Source: Psammoneis japonica (Eukaryota). Taken from it: a stretch of 64,000 nt of DNA. Of this stretch, positions 40,280-51,779 are shown piece after piece. Both the position numbers and the translations under genes were made by a program. The stretch is from the NCBI GenBank assembly GCA_008632985.1, contig QPGO01000065.1:248001-312000 (forward strand), written 5' to 3'. Numbering within the stretch: position 1 is the stretch's first letter; the number at the start of each line of letters is the position of its first letter. The notes below the pieces were generated by a model. That model was not told the origin of the DNA, did no database searches, and saw only the letters and a list, made by a program, of their open reading frames with translations.

Positions 40280-40520
40280 GTCGATCCGAAACTATTGGCA
40301 GTGTCACACCATCGTATGTCGTGTGACATGTGATAGAGCATGTGATGTAGTAGTTAAAATTAAGACTCCTGCAATGAATGCCAGTGGTGCAAACAGCAAG
40401 CTAATCTGCCGTCGATCCGAAACTGCCAGTGGTGTCGCATGATAGAGCATGTTAGGTTGTTAAATTTGAGACTCTTACAATGAACACTAGTGATGCAAAT
40501 AGCATGCTAATCTGCTGTCA
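40280..40520. repeat. Two-copy degenerate tandem repeat (~110-130 bp)
   Basis: gtcgatccgaaact..tgatagagcatgt..gttaaa..agactc..caatgaa..tgcaaa.agca.gctaatctgc occurs twice. Confidence 0.7.
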
Positions 40521-42100
40521 ATGTGACTGGAGTTTTTAAGCCGCCGCCCTCTTGCCCTCTTTCTCAATCTTGTTCATCGTCGTTTGCAGTTTTTTCCAAT
40601 GCCGAAACAACAGCTCCCACTTTGTTTTCCAATTTGGATTTTCCATCAACAACCTTCCTCTCCTCACTTGTGCTAGCTTTGAAGCTGCGAGTTGATGCTG
40701 CCTTCTTTTCATCAACCAGCTTGTTGCACAAGGGCACGGCTTTGTTGTGCTGCTCAACCAAATTAAAAAACACTTGAGAGACACGGATTTCAACATCTTG
40801 CAAGCCCTGTCCCACCAAGCCATGTAGTTGTCATCATCCTTTGCTTGAGGACGATTGCTGCCATTGAGATGCTCCTTCTCCTCACTTGCAAACAGCGCAC
40901 GCGGGCCCTTGCTTTTAGAGATTTGTTGAGTTCATCATGCTCGGATTTTTTGTAAAGTGCTCCATGCCCCAACTTCTTCTTGAGCACCATGTGCACACCA
41001 GAATCATGTTGTGCCTGCGACTCAGGCTTCCAATGAGTCCCCTTGCGAGCACCTTCGCGTTCAATCTTGCACTCCATTGAGAAAGCACAGAATTGCCTCA
41101 TCAATTTGCTGCAGTTCGGCACAGTGAGAGTCTCTCCACGCAGATGCTTTCGTTCCAACTGATGGACTGGTGGATGTCCTGTTTTTTTGGCAAAAACGTT
41201 AAATGCTGCGACCGCCGTCTTGTAGCCATCTTCGGTTTGGTCTGCTTTGTCTTGCATTTCTGCGCATGCTTGGAGCATCATGGATTCGTCTTCGCGCTCT
41301 TCTGCCTCATCCTCATTTGAATCTTCCAAATGGGAGGCCTCAAGCTCAGCAGCAAGTCGATTGACGTGGTCCACCTCACTCGCTTTTGCCTCGTTGCTCG
41401 GCTCGTCGCTGGACTTGTCCTTCTTGCATGGATTGTTGTGATGCGAGTAGAAGATTGTGCCTGCTGCAGTGGTTGCTGGTGGTTCCAACCCGTCCTGGGC
41501 CTGCGCAGTTGGAGCATCTTTTTCATTGATGAGAGATGGCATTGTGGACAAATGATGCCGACAGCGCACGCCACACAAGTCCAATCGCAACGAATCGCAA
41601 CAATGGCAATGAAAACGGTAGATTCTAGGCAGTGCAACAGCAGCAACGAGCGAGCGGCGGCAGACTGCTGCACTGCATGGCAGTGCGGTGGTCGGACCAT
41701 CTGTCGTCCGTCGCAGGGTGACCCGTCTGGTCGCCGGCTCCACCCGTCGATTTCCGGCCGATTTGCGAGGGACCCGAGGGACACCCTGTCCCTCGGGGGC
41801 GCGCTTCGCGCGTCCCTCCCGCTCCGCGGGACAAATGTCCCTCCAGGGACGCTCCGCGTCCCTCCAAAAAAAATTTTCAGAGACTTTTCGTCCCGCACTT
41901 GTGCTTTTGCCGTTTGACCTTTGTTGAGGTGAATCTGGCCAGCATTGCACAGGAGATCGTTGAGACTGCATGTCTCGACAGCAGCGGCGTGTGACGACGA
42001 GATGTTGCAGTGTTCTTTGCGTTTTTCTCATGTTGCGATTGCTTGAATCGCCTCCATTTTCTTTGCAATCGATTGCATGTCCTTGCGCATGGAAGTCTTG
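40520..42100 (-). mobile_element. Nested insertion in the gypsy pol region carrying a decayed ORF (possibly Crypton/tyrosine-recombinase N-terminal type)
   Basis: Non-gypsy sequence between RT segments. ORF from ~41543 (MPSLINEK..TEDGYKTAVAAFNVFAKK..) is loosely like YR core-binding regions. GC-rich hairpin cluster upstream. Family assignment is only a guess. Confidence 0.35.
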
Positions 42101-44760
42101 ACAATTAATTTCAAGTTGAGTGGTGAAGGGCTTTTGTTGTCAACCTTCAAAGTGGCTGCTCCAGTCGCACGAATGCCGCATCAAGTGTTGCTTGCACAGG
42201 CGACATTTTGAAGTCACTTTTTGTCAGGTGCAGACGATCATGCGTGGTTGTTCTGACAACTTCAAACCTGTCATGAGTTTGCTCATGTGTTGTTCAAAAA
42301 TGTCTGGGGCTCTGTGGATCCTCATTGGAAGTCTGCAGTGCTCATTTTCTCCCTGCGGCATGATTTTCGTGTGAGCACGACGTGTGCTTTTTTCATTTGA
42401 CATGGTGGCATTCCACACTTGAATCAAATGGATCACATGTGTGAAACGTTCTTGCTTCAACGGCATTTCCTGAATGTTGGGTGAAGGACACACCACGTGT
42501 GCGAACCTTTTGCTGAGCTTCTGAGTGTCGGACGCGGTCGAACTTGACCTGTTTTCTTCAGACAATGAGTCTCAGAGCGACTCGTTCAGAGCAATTTTAT
42601 TTTTGAGACTTCAATCTTTCACAATGGGTCAACTCCTTTTGATTGGACGCCTCCAAAGACTGTGATGGGAGAAGGTTCTCACGCGTCATGGAGTCGCGTC
42701 AGATTTTCCACGATGAGATCCACTGATGCTTCCCATGCATTCGTCTGAGGAACTTTTCAAAAAGATTTCAACCTCTCAAGAAGAAGATTGAGTTGGTTGT
42801 GTTCATTTGGGTTAGATGCATCGCCGTGGTTGTCACTTGATTGGGGTCGATGGCGCGACAATGTGAGTCGAGGACCATTGGTTCCGTCACTGACTCCATT
42901 CACGGCGTCACATTTTTCAATGTGATCGGTTTTCAGCTTGAAAACATCGGCATCGAAGAGTGTGTGAACATTCTTCACAGGGCAATTGCTTCTTCCCATT
43001 TGACTTCTTCATTTCCGCAGTCTGATGTGATCACAAGACTGGACATCAAGTCGCGTCCCATGATCATGTCACTCGACCTTGAAGAAGATTTTGTGTCATC
43101 GACACATCCTGTTTGAACATCAACAAGTCTTAAAAATTTGCACAGTGAGAACTGAGCTCGGTTTCTGCTGTCAGCCGTGAAGAGCTCACCCTTGGTTTCC
43201 CAAGTTTTTTGGTGGCGAAATGTTTTGGTTCTCAACTTTCGCACGATTTTGCGTAAAATCATGGGCTGATGATGTTCTTCATCGAGAGAACACGCAGAAG
43301 CTTGTTTTTTGCTTTTCTCAGAGAAGCAGTCATGCAGACAGCGAGAACAGGACTCGTGTGACATGCTGTGATGTTTTTTCTGGGTTTCCAGATGTCCTGT
43401 GACGCGGTGTGCTCCTCGATCGGTGCAAATTTTTGATCGGACTCGATCGGTTCAATTTTTCTAAATTGACAGTTTTGTTCGTCAAGCGTTTTAGAGTCTC
43501 AATTTTTGCTCTTGTTTTCTCGTTCCTTTGCCAAGGAACTTGCTTTGACAGTTTTTGTGAACTGCCCAGTTCACAGTTCAGCTCAGCTCCTCTTTCACAG
43601 AGGCATTTCTGCTCTCGTCACGTTCCCGCGCGATTGCCATTTAGAGCATCATGTTTTTTTTGGGTCTCTTTCAGAGCCACCCTTGCACTCTTTTGCTCTT
43701 TTTCTTGTTCAAGGAACTTGCTTTGAGTGTTTTTTGAACTGCCTGATCAATCATGACGTCCAACTCTTTTTGTTGTCGCGACAACACGTGCGATTGCCAT
43801 TTGAACTGCACCGTTTTGGATCACATTCACAGTGTCCAAGGCGTTCTTTTGCTGGCTCATTTTCAGAGCAGCATTGATCCGTGATGCAGGCATTCTTTTT
43901 TCAAAGATTGGACCTTTTGCTCACTTTGGATTGTTCTGGTGCCATGTGGGAGACCATTTTTGGAACCAAATTTGGAACCTTTTTGATTTTGGAATCAACA
44001 GCGCTGTCAGAGCCTGATTTGACATGTTTTTTTGTCATGGACGTCCTCGCCGACCTCCAGACGACTCAAACCTCAATCAGCTCGTCAAGGGTGTGATCCA
44101 ACAATCCAACATTTTGGACAGCAGGCTGATGCTGCCATCCTTGCGGTGCGAGTGACAGCCAACAGCTCACGGCTCGGTTTCCCGCTAGATTCAACTTAGA
44201 ATCGATTGAAGGGTCGCATGGACGCTCTTCATTGACCTCTTGGGTCGAATGGGCACTCTCTTGCTGCTGAGAGCCTTTGGTTTCTTCAGATCATCTCGAA
44301 AAAAACAGCTCTGATTCTGAAGTGCAGTTCCTCGGAGGACATGAGTTGTGAGACACTTGAGGTGCTTTTGAATGGTTCCCTCTTGCTCTTTGGACTCGAG
44401 ACTCGTCGATTCGGTCTCAATGACTCTTCAATGGTCTCTCCTTGCAAAGTAGATGCATTTCTCGGATCTGATCGACTCGGGACTTGCACTCTCTGCAACC
44501 ATGACTTGGTGTAGATTTTTTGACAATGCGGTGCACTTGTAGAGTCCTTGATCCTTGGATGCTTGGAATGGACCGCATTGGAACGAATCTTGTCATTTGC
44601 TAGACGAAAAACAGCGTTCCATCTTGAGGTGCTGCTCGGATTGAGCTTCTTCCACTCGGAAATCGATTCCAGCAGAACTGGCGCGATTCGTCCCTGTTTG
44701 TGGAAGAATTTACAAAGGCACATTAGTTAAAATTTTCATTTTCCGTGCTTTTTACCTTCT
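40520..44760. other. TpA-depleted domain C (CpG largely retained)
   Basis: Sparse TA and abundant CG. Confidence 0.85.
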
Positions 44761-44777
44761 GTGGTGTGTATACACAA

Positions 44778-45141
44778 TGCACTATGCTCGAAGAACGAGT
44801 GTAAACGAAAGTAGAACGAAGTTCGAAAAGTGAAAATTATGAGATTGAATTTTGCTCTGTGATTTTTGGTTTCTCCGAACGAGTTCTCAATGGCCTAAAG
44901 CTTCTGTACTGCTTCTACAGACAAAAGGCCTTTCGAAGAATATATTCGTGACAACAGATTGTCCGGATACGATTGCTGTTGACACGTAAGATGTCAACAT
45001 CGTCAATCGATCGTATTTGCAATTCTCGACATCCGATCAACTCTGTGTGATCGTTCTGTCCTTTGTACGCATCCACGACTGTGGTACGATTGACATATAA
45101 ATAATATATAATCATTATATATATATAAGTCGCATACTGCA
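44778..45141 (-). repeat. 5' LTR (largely unmutated copy, TA-rich tract intact)
   Basis: 364 bp. Retains a tatataa-type tract at 45094-45128. Confidence 0.9.
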
Positions 45142-45999
45142 CTTCGACGACGGATCGAAAAGGTCGTGCAAACATTGATGTCGGTTCACTGTACGATACA
45201 GTAGTAGAAGTATGTACTGGTTTTGTACGGAACGGTCGGAGACATTTCTACATAAAGGAGGGAAGACATTTCTACACTTAAAGGAGGGAAGAAGGGTCAT
45301 TGCTCTTTGTTACGTTTGCTGTCAGTTGACACTTTCCTCATGGATTCTCATGGATCCTCTTCATACAAATCTACGAGCGGAACTGAGTAGGGCGGAGCAA
45401 GGTCATAATTACAAAAAGTCATTTTCATATACTGCGTTTGCTTCGTATAAAGTACGAGAGAAAGTCATTCAATTGACAAAACGGTCATTTTCTCAGTCAT
45501 CCACATGAATCCACATGGTATAAATCTACGTACGAGAAATCAACGGTCAATGCAAAGAGTCATTCTCTAAACTCCGATTCCTTCGTACAATGTACGTGAA
45601 AAGTCATTGAAAATTTCAAAATTTCCATGAGGATGACTGAGGATTCGTGAGGATCCGTGAGGATCCGTGAGAAAAAAAACACACGACACAAACCCGACCC
45701 CCCAGGTCGAGCTTAGCATCCAACGCCGTCGCGATCGCTGCTTTCTGTGGTTGTACTAGTACGTAGGTGTCGTGTGACTGAACCGTCACTTCAGCTGGGA
45801 TCGAAGACATGTCGAGACCGCGACGCTGTCCTAGCCGACGGACAGTGGTCCTTGCTACGACAAGAACAAGAAACCCTGCCAAATCATCGATCTCTTTGGA
45901 TTGTTGAATGCTCTTTCTCTACCGGAACGCTATATCATCACGACATGCCATCGTCTTGTGGTATCGGTGACGGATGATATGGAGAGGTACCAGATAGTG

Positions 46000-46800
46000 G
46001 CTGCTGGAAGCAAGGTGAGCTTCTAAAGACAGACAACGAATCTGGAAATGGCTATTATCTAACTGAGACACCGCTCATTGTTTTTACAATTCTATGGGTT
46101 TTTTGTGGAATCAATATGCAGACTGGTAAGTTGAAATTTCGAAGACTCACCTTTACGAAGGAGCAGGAGCAGGCGAAAAAAAGAGGACGCTAAAGCCGCT
46201 CGACGTGTTCTTGTCTGTGTTTTGGACACGAGTTTGCGTCTGCTACACCCCTAAATGCCTTACGTGACTGAGACTTGCGGATTGACCTCGGATGGAAGCT
46301 GTAAGAACTTTCGAATGTTTTCAGGCTCTTATTCGAAGTATCCGTAACGCGAGGGCTGAGTACAACGTTAAGTCGGGGAGCGAATCAGGGCAACTGTAGT
46401 CGCGAGCGAAGATCTGCTTGAGGATATTGAAACAGAGCTCAAATCTCTTTTTGCTCTTGCTAAGCTCGACCCGGATAAGGTAGCTGTGCATGCAGCTGGA
46501 AGTAAAGATGCCAAAGAAACGATGGAGATTGGCGAGTCTGCTAAGATTGTAGTCCAAGATGGCGTTAAAGCGAATTTGCCGCTCTCGGGATTGATTGACG
46601 CTGAGAAGGAACGCCAGTGGTTGCAAAAACAAAGCGAAAAGCTGACAATGGAGATCCAGAAGCTTACATGGAGATTGAAGTCCAGTGGATTTGTTGATAA
46701 GGCACCTGCTGCTGTAGTACAGCAAGCCAGGATTAGCTTGCAACACTGGAAGATCAATTTTCCTAAATCAAAAGCAGCCTTTTGGCACTTCCCAAGTAGA
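46000..46800 (+). pseudogene. valS: Valyl-tRNA synthetase C-terminal fragment
   Basis: FLWNQYADW*VEISKTHLY, VLDTSLRLLHP*MPYVTE, LIRSIRNARAEYNV and LPLSGLIDAEKER..L....FVDKAPAAVV, with in-frame stops. Confidence 0.85.
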
Positions 46801-46939
46801 ACTCTCAGATTTCGTCTTATCTATATCTCTCTCTCTCTCTAGCTAGTTCAAAACTAACTTCACGTCTTCTTCCCCAGATTTAATGATTGAGGAAGGGGTA
46901 ATGGCAACTGAATACTGAACAAGACACATTGTCAAGAAC

Positions 46940-47275
46940 AGAATAAGGCGAGCGAAGCTTACAATTGAACAGCCGACTATTACAAACTACTCTCCTTGGT
47001 AGAGGGAGTTTTAGCATTACTTTCGAACATACAAACTTAGTCGATTGCAATTGTACGACGTCGATGGACGTTCCTATGCCAGAATTGCAAAATATGCTTT
47101 GTAATGATGTTCAATATTCAGTATATCTCAACTTGACTACTTTAGCATAGTACTCTACAGAATAAGGCAATCAAAGGGAACCGCCGACTATTACAAATTA
47201 CTCTCCCTCGTGCTCATCGAGGGAGCATTAGTATTAGTTTCAAACATACATACATGTGCTAGATGGACGTTGCTA
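46940..47275. repeat. Degenerate direct repeat (~220-bp spacing)
   Basis: gaataaggc..gccgactattacaaa.tactctcc..gagggag..ttag.atta.tttc.aacataca at ~46941 and ~47160. Confidence 0.7.
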
Positions 47276-47303
47276 GAGGGCCCAGTAGCAACAACATCGC
47301 GAC

Positions 47304-48420
47304 TTAGGCAAGACGGGTCTTGCCTTGTTCCTCGCGACCGCGAAGCTTCAGCTCCAGCTCCAGCTCTGCAATGCGCTTAACGAGGAAAGCACGATCCGCA
47401 TCCTCACAAGAAGCTGCTTCCTCGATGCGAGGCATGGTGCGAGCACGCTTGGAAGGGGACTCAAAAGAGCTGGCATCCTCTGCCTCAGCAATGCTTGGAG
47501 ATTCCACAGTGGGTGGCTTCCTACTAGACTTGACAGGGGTGGGAGGCACACGCGCGCCCCATTCGAGGAGGCCAATGTAGGTTGCAAAACGTTTGGCGAG
47601 TTCCCAGTGCTTTTCGTTCGGGCGGCGGAAGGCGAGGATTTGAGCGGGACCGTAGGTTTGAACAAACTCCGGGTCATCAAACGGAAGCGAGCGGAAAACG
47701 TCGGTCTCTTCCCCACCCCAGTTCTTCACAGCATACATGAGATCCTCGATTGCGTCGACACTGTACTTGAGGTAAATGTCCATCGCAGACCTAACCTTGA
47801 GCGCAGCCGGGACATCTGACGCATGAAACTGTAGCAGCAACGGCTCAATATCTGCGCCGACTGGAACTGTCCCCAAAAAGAAGGTGTGAGCGTTCCACTC
47901 GCGGGTCAAGTCGTTGTGTTCCGCCCTCCACTCGTTCTCAGATTCTTCGGCCAGATTAATCGCGTCGTCCTCGCGCTGCAGCTCCGCCTCCATCATCGTC
48001 ACAGCAGCCGTCGAGCGCGCCAACCGCTCGCGATCTTCGGCCTCGGTAGCCCTTGCTTCAGCCAACGAAGCTGCCCGCTTTCCCCTCGCCTCGACAGCTG
48101 CCGCCTTCCGCTGGCTCAAACGTAATCCTTCGGCCTTGCTTGCCCTGCGGTAATACGACAAACAGCAATACCAAGAGGTGAGTATCCTCGGAACCTCAGA
48201 ACAAAAGTCGGTGCGAATTAGCAATCATCAGCACAAAAACTCACTCGAATTTCGCGTCGTACTCTCGCCGCACGGTCACAGGGTTCCTCGTCGAGTTTTC
48301 CAGCACGACGTTCTTCGCCCTCTCCTCCGCAGGAAGCAATACATGGGTGCCGAGCGTCAGGAGAAGAGCCTTCTTCCACTCCTCTTGCGCGTAAAACGTT
48401 GGGCTGAACCTCATGGACAT
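47304..48420 (-). CDS. Hypothetical protein with coiled-coil segments (intron 48145-48244)
   Basis: ATG 48420. A GTGAGT donor and CGCAG acceptor join ..AKFE|ASKAEGLR.. in frame to an 840-bp exon. No family recognised. Confidence 0.6.
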
Positions 48421-49229
48421 GGCGGATGATGGTACGGATATGATGTGCAATGGACTCGTCGCAAAGAGAAAATTATGAGAGCAAGGAATGAGCAGACTGA
48501 ATGAGCAGTCACGGGAAATTTACGGACATGAGTTGCTGGCGGCATTTATGAACCACCAGGACGCGTCTCCTTTTTTCCCTCCGACGTTTGTTGCAGACAG
48601 AATCGGGAGTGTGTTTGATGTATTTGATTTTTGTCCAACGAGTTTGTGCGTCAATTGATGAGTGAAGGAGCCACGGTCATAATATCCCGTTCGTCGACTC
48701 GCGAAAAGCCTTGTGCTGGACTCTGTCATTAACAGCCGACAAAAGTATGGGGTACAATTACTATGTCACTTCTCGGATCTGGAAACGAATGTTACCCTCA
48801 CTTGTTGTAATCTGACTGTGCGCTGCTGCTTTGTAGAACGTCGAACCTGCTCATCGTCTCATCGTCAAGTTTCTTGGAGCAAATTTCCAAATTCTCGAAT
48901 TTCAAAATCACATGTGGACGAGAGACATGCCACGTGGAAGCAAAAACGTTCATCTGTATTTTGATTTCGCACCCAAACAAACCGCCAAGCGAACTCACAA
49001 GGATACAGTGCCCTCGGTAAACACACACCCACCGTTCTCCTCTCTCCTCTCGCCTTGACTTACCTCAGTAGTCTATTTTAGGGCTACCGGTACAAGCTTT
49101 ATTGCTAAAGGCTTACCTGGTATCCTCAAGCACGATACGAATGCCATTCTACCACTAGGGCCCTAAGACACGTGGCAGAATGATGCCTGATGTTCGCCAC
49201 GAGAACGCTGTGGGCTGGACTCTGGCGCA

Positions 49230-49780
49230 TCAATCCGCGCAGACGCACAGAGTGTTGAAAATCCTCAAGTAAGTGTTGGAACTCATTCTCCAGAATCATC
49301 CGGCCTCGGCTTGAATTATGATAAGGACGACAAGGGTGATCTTCCTATATCGTTTGATCCCAATTTTGGTGGTGGTCTACATGCAAACGAAGAAGAACAG
49401 CAACGGAGGAGCTCTCTTTCCAAAGCTGTTTTGTTTAATCAAGGCCATGCGGTTTGGAAAGCTCCATGCATTCGATTTATTTGCACGTATGGAATTGATT
49501 CAATGTGCAGTAATGCAATACCCGGATGAACTGCAACACATCGATCATACAAAAGGCAACACGCCTCTTCACGTGGCATGCATGGCTCCTCCAGTGCTAC
49601 AAGTCGGATGCTGTTGTAGTGGGTTGACGAGATGCGACCGGCTGTCTTTTTTGAAACAGCATCCCGAGGCGGCCAAGGTGCGAAACCGTGAGGGACAATT
49701 TCCGCTGATGGTTGCACTGGAGCACAGCAAGGACGATGCGGAGCACGCGGCTGCATCGTTGGCTGGGGTTATCTTTACGC
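49230..49780 (+). pseudogene. Ankyrin-like repeat protein fragment
   Basis: YPDEL..D..GNTPLHVAC and HPEAAKVRNREGQFPLMVAL, frameshifted. Confidence 0.55.
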
Positions 49781-49789
49781 CAGTGGTGA

Positions 49790-50670
49790 GCTCACCCTAG
49801 CTTTTGTTCTGTGCGTGTTCCGTTGTCAACGCTTGCCAATACCCACACTTTCCTGTCAGGTGCAAAAATCAATGATGAAGTTCGATAACGTAAAACAGGC
49901 GGCTCATTCGGACTCTTCGTTTACCGCTGGGCCTCTCCGTGCAGCAAGAAGAGCAACCAGTACAATACAGCACGCAGTGATAGGTGGGTCTTAGTGTTGC
50001 GAATTGTGGACGTTGACGCACACCACGGAAATGTCGTAAGTATTTGATGGGTAGTGTCTTGGTCTTGATTCGAACGATTCTCACAGAGTTTATTTTCTTT
50101 TGTTTTCGGTGGACGGAAGAAATTGTGAAAAAGTGCTACGACCCGGGGAGGCTGTTCTTCTTTTATATCCACCTCTATGACAACTTCAAGAGAAGAGGCA
50201 ACGCTTACAAGCTTTACCCGGGGAGTAGTGACGCTCACAATATCATCAACGTCCCTATCACTCCGCTGTGGAAGCAACAATGAGATAGCCCCTCGCAAGT
50301 TCCGGCTGCTCCCAAAACATTTCACAATACACGCAGAAAAGTGAAGGAGGCGGCCGCCGCCGCTACGTTCCATCCACCACCACCCTTCGGGGACAATTCC
50401 GCACCGTTGTCATCTCCTCTACCACCAATAGGCGATTCTCGCGAGATTTTGTGGGGGCTATGAATCGTCGTCGGAGCATGGGGGTGGAGGTCTGAAAGCG
50501 CTCGAACAAGTGACGTAGAAAGTGTGTCTCAAAGAAGTGCAACTGTTACATCAAAGCCGGGGAGTGCACGGTTCCTTTCTGGATCTGGGCGGCATACGTA
50601 CCGACCGGCAATTCAGCATCACCTCTTACCTGCTCTCCGTGCTTTTAACCCCGGTCTTATCTTAATCAGT
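49790..50670 (+). pseudogene. Class II-type histone deacetylase fragment
   Basis: IVDVDAHHGN (~50003-50032), intron-like gap, TEEIV..FFFYIHLYD..YPGS, NIINVP and LLPALRAFNPGLILIS. Truncated before the expected AGFD. Confidence 0.8.
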
Positions 50671-50674
50671 GTCC

Positions 50675-51775
50675 ACGATGCGTCGCCTCACGTTCTCTCC
50701 AATGAACCGCCGTCCGAAGGAAGTGCACCGCGTCATACGCAATTTCTGGATCTGACCAATGGCGAAGGAGGAGGCGGTGAAAGCTCGTTTAGCCCAGAGA
50801 GTACAGCAGAAGAACTTCGGCCTGAATCTACAATTACTAGTCCTACTGCCAGCAGTATGAAACGTCCCGCACGATTTGACCCAAACACGCCCGGTAGAGT
50901 GGTGGGTGGTGGAAGCTGGCCAAGAACTCACGGGGCGCTGGACTCGAGAAGATCACGAAGCGTTCCTTAGCGCTCTTCAACTGAATGGGAAAGAATGTAG
51001 AAAGGTAGCAGCCAAGGGGAAGACGAGAACGGTGGTTCAGACAAGGACTCATGCGCAGAAGTACTTTCAGAAAGTAGATACGGTGATGAATGGTGCGGAG
51101 GGTAAAAAAGGAGAAGTCGCGCATGTTGAAATGGGGGTCGCCGTAGAGGCCAAGAAGGCCAGTGCACAAAAGAAGAAACGTTTACCCCGTCAGCAGTCTG
51201 CTTCGACTCAGGCAGCCGCGCATCTCATGACTAATTTGTCATCGGTGCCTCAAACTGTAGCGTCGGTGAGTCCGTATGCTTCTTGTGGCGTTCCCGCTAC
51301 CCATGGTTCGGGTCACTTTCCCAATCCTCATGGATTCTCCACATCGTCGTCGGGAGCGCCGAATGAGCAACCCCTCCGACAACTGTATTCAGTGTCGTAT
51401 CAAGGGGGCTTTGGGCCAATGCAGATTAAGGCTTGTGACCCAGATTCTGCCTTTGCGCGAGGAAAATTCCCCGAACCATCACCGGCAGCGTGTGGGAAGA
51501 GGAAGGTGGCAGAGATTGCCGCGGCCCGAATGCTTGCCGATGTGGCGGCGAGTGGGGGTAGCACAGGAAAGGCAAAGAAGAAGCGCTCCTCTCTTGCGGG
51601 TGACGAAAGTCCACCTCCTCATGATGCTGAGAAGGGTCCGGCTGCTAGACGCAACGTGGCAAAGGGGCTCTCGCTTCAGATCGTGAACCCCGAGTCTCTG
51701 GGTGTGCCGCATTCGGGAAACAAGAAAAGGAGGGGTATAGATGGAGAGGCTTCTCCGACAACTCCGTGGGATGTG
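50675..51775 (+). pseudogene. SHAQKYF-class single-repeat MYB transcription factor, probably disabled
   Basis: TGRWTREDHEAFLSALQLNGKECRKVAAKGKTRTVVQTRTHAQKYFQK. The conserved second Trp is Cys, there is a frameshift near 50905, and the 5' and 3' ends abut unrelated fragments. Confidence 0.8.
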
Positions 51776-51779
51776 GTCA

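Larger units (their letters stand above)
37793..45141 (-). mobile_element. Decayed full-length Ty3/gypsy LTR retrotransposon with nested insertion; TSD CTTC
   Basis: Direct LTRs with TG..CA ends and CTTC on both outer flanks. PPT GGGGAGGGAG next to the 3' LTR. Minus-strand order: protease (DMIMGRDLM..V.WEE, ~43000), RT (RLPM..APDIFEQ.MS.LM.GL, ~42300), RNase H (TTEKELLSIV..FRNILFGQHIYIYTDHK; ELKYIEGKAN..DAISRL, 39570-39790), integrase Zn-finger remnant (LQHP..CQR, ~39250). Confidence 0.9.

Noticed and set aside
44730..44777. Canonical tRNA primer-binding site for the gypsy element
   Set aside because: No TGG-starting PBS follows the 5' LTR on the minus strand. The priming mode cannot be assigned.
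37793..45141. Classical fungal RIP (CA->TA) acting on the right LTR instead
   Set aside because: The right LTR keeps abundant CA/TG and CG, the depleted domains are far below normal TA levels, and conserved Tyr codons are the ones lost. The direction is TA->TG/CA.
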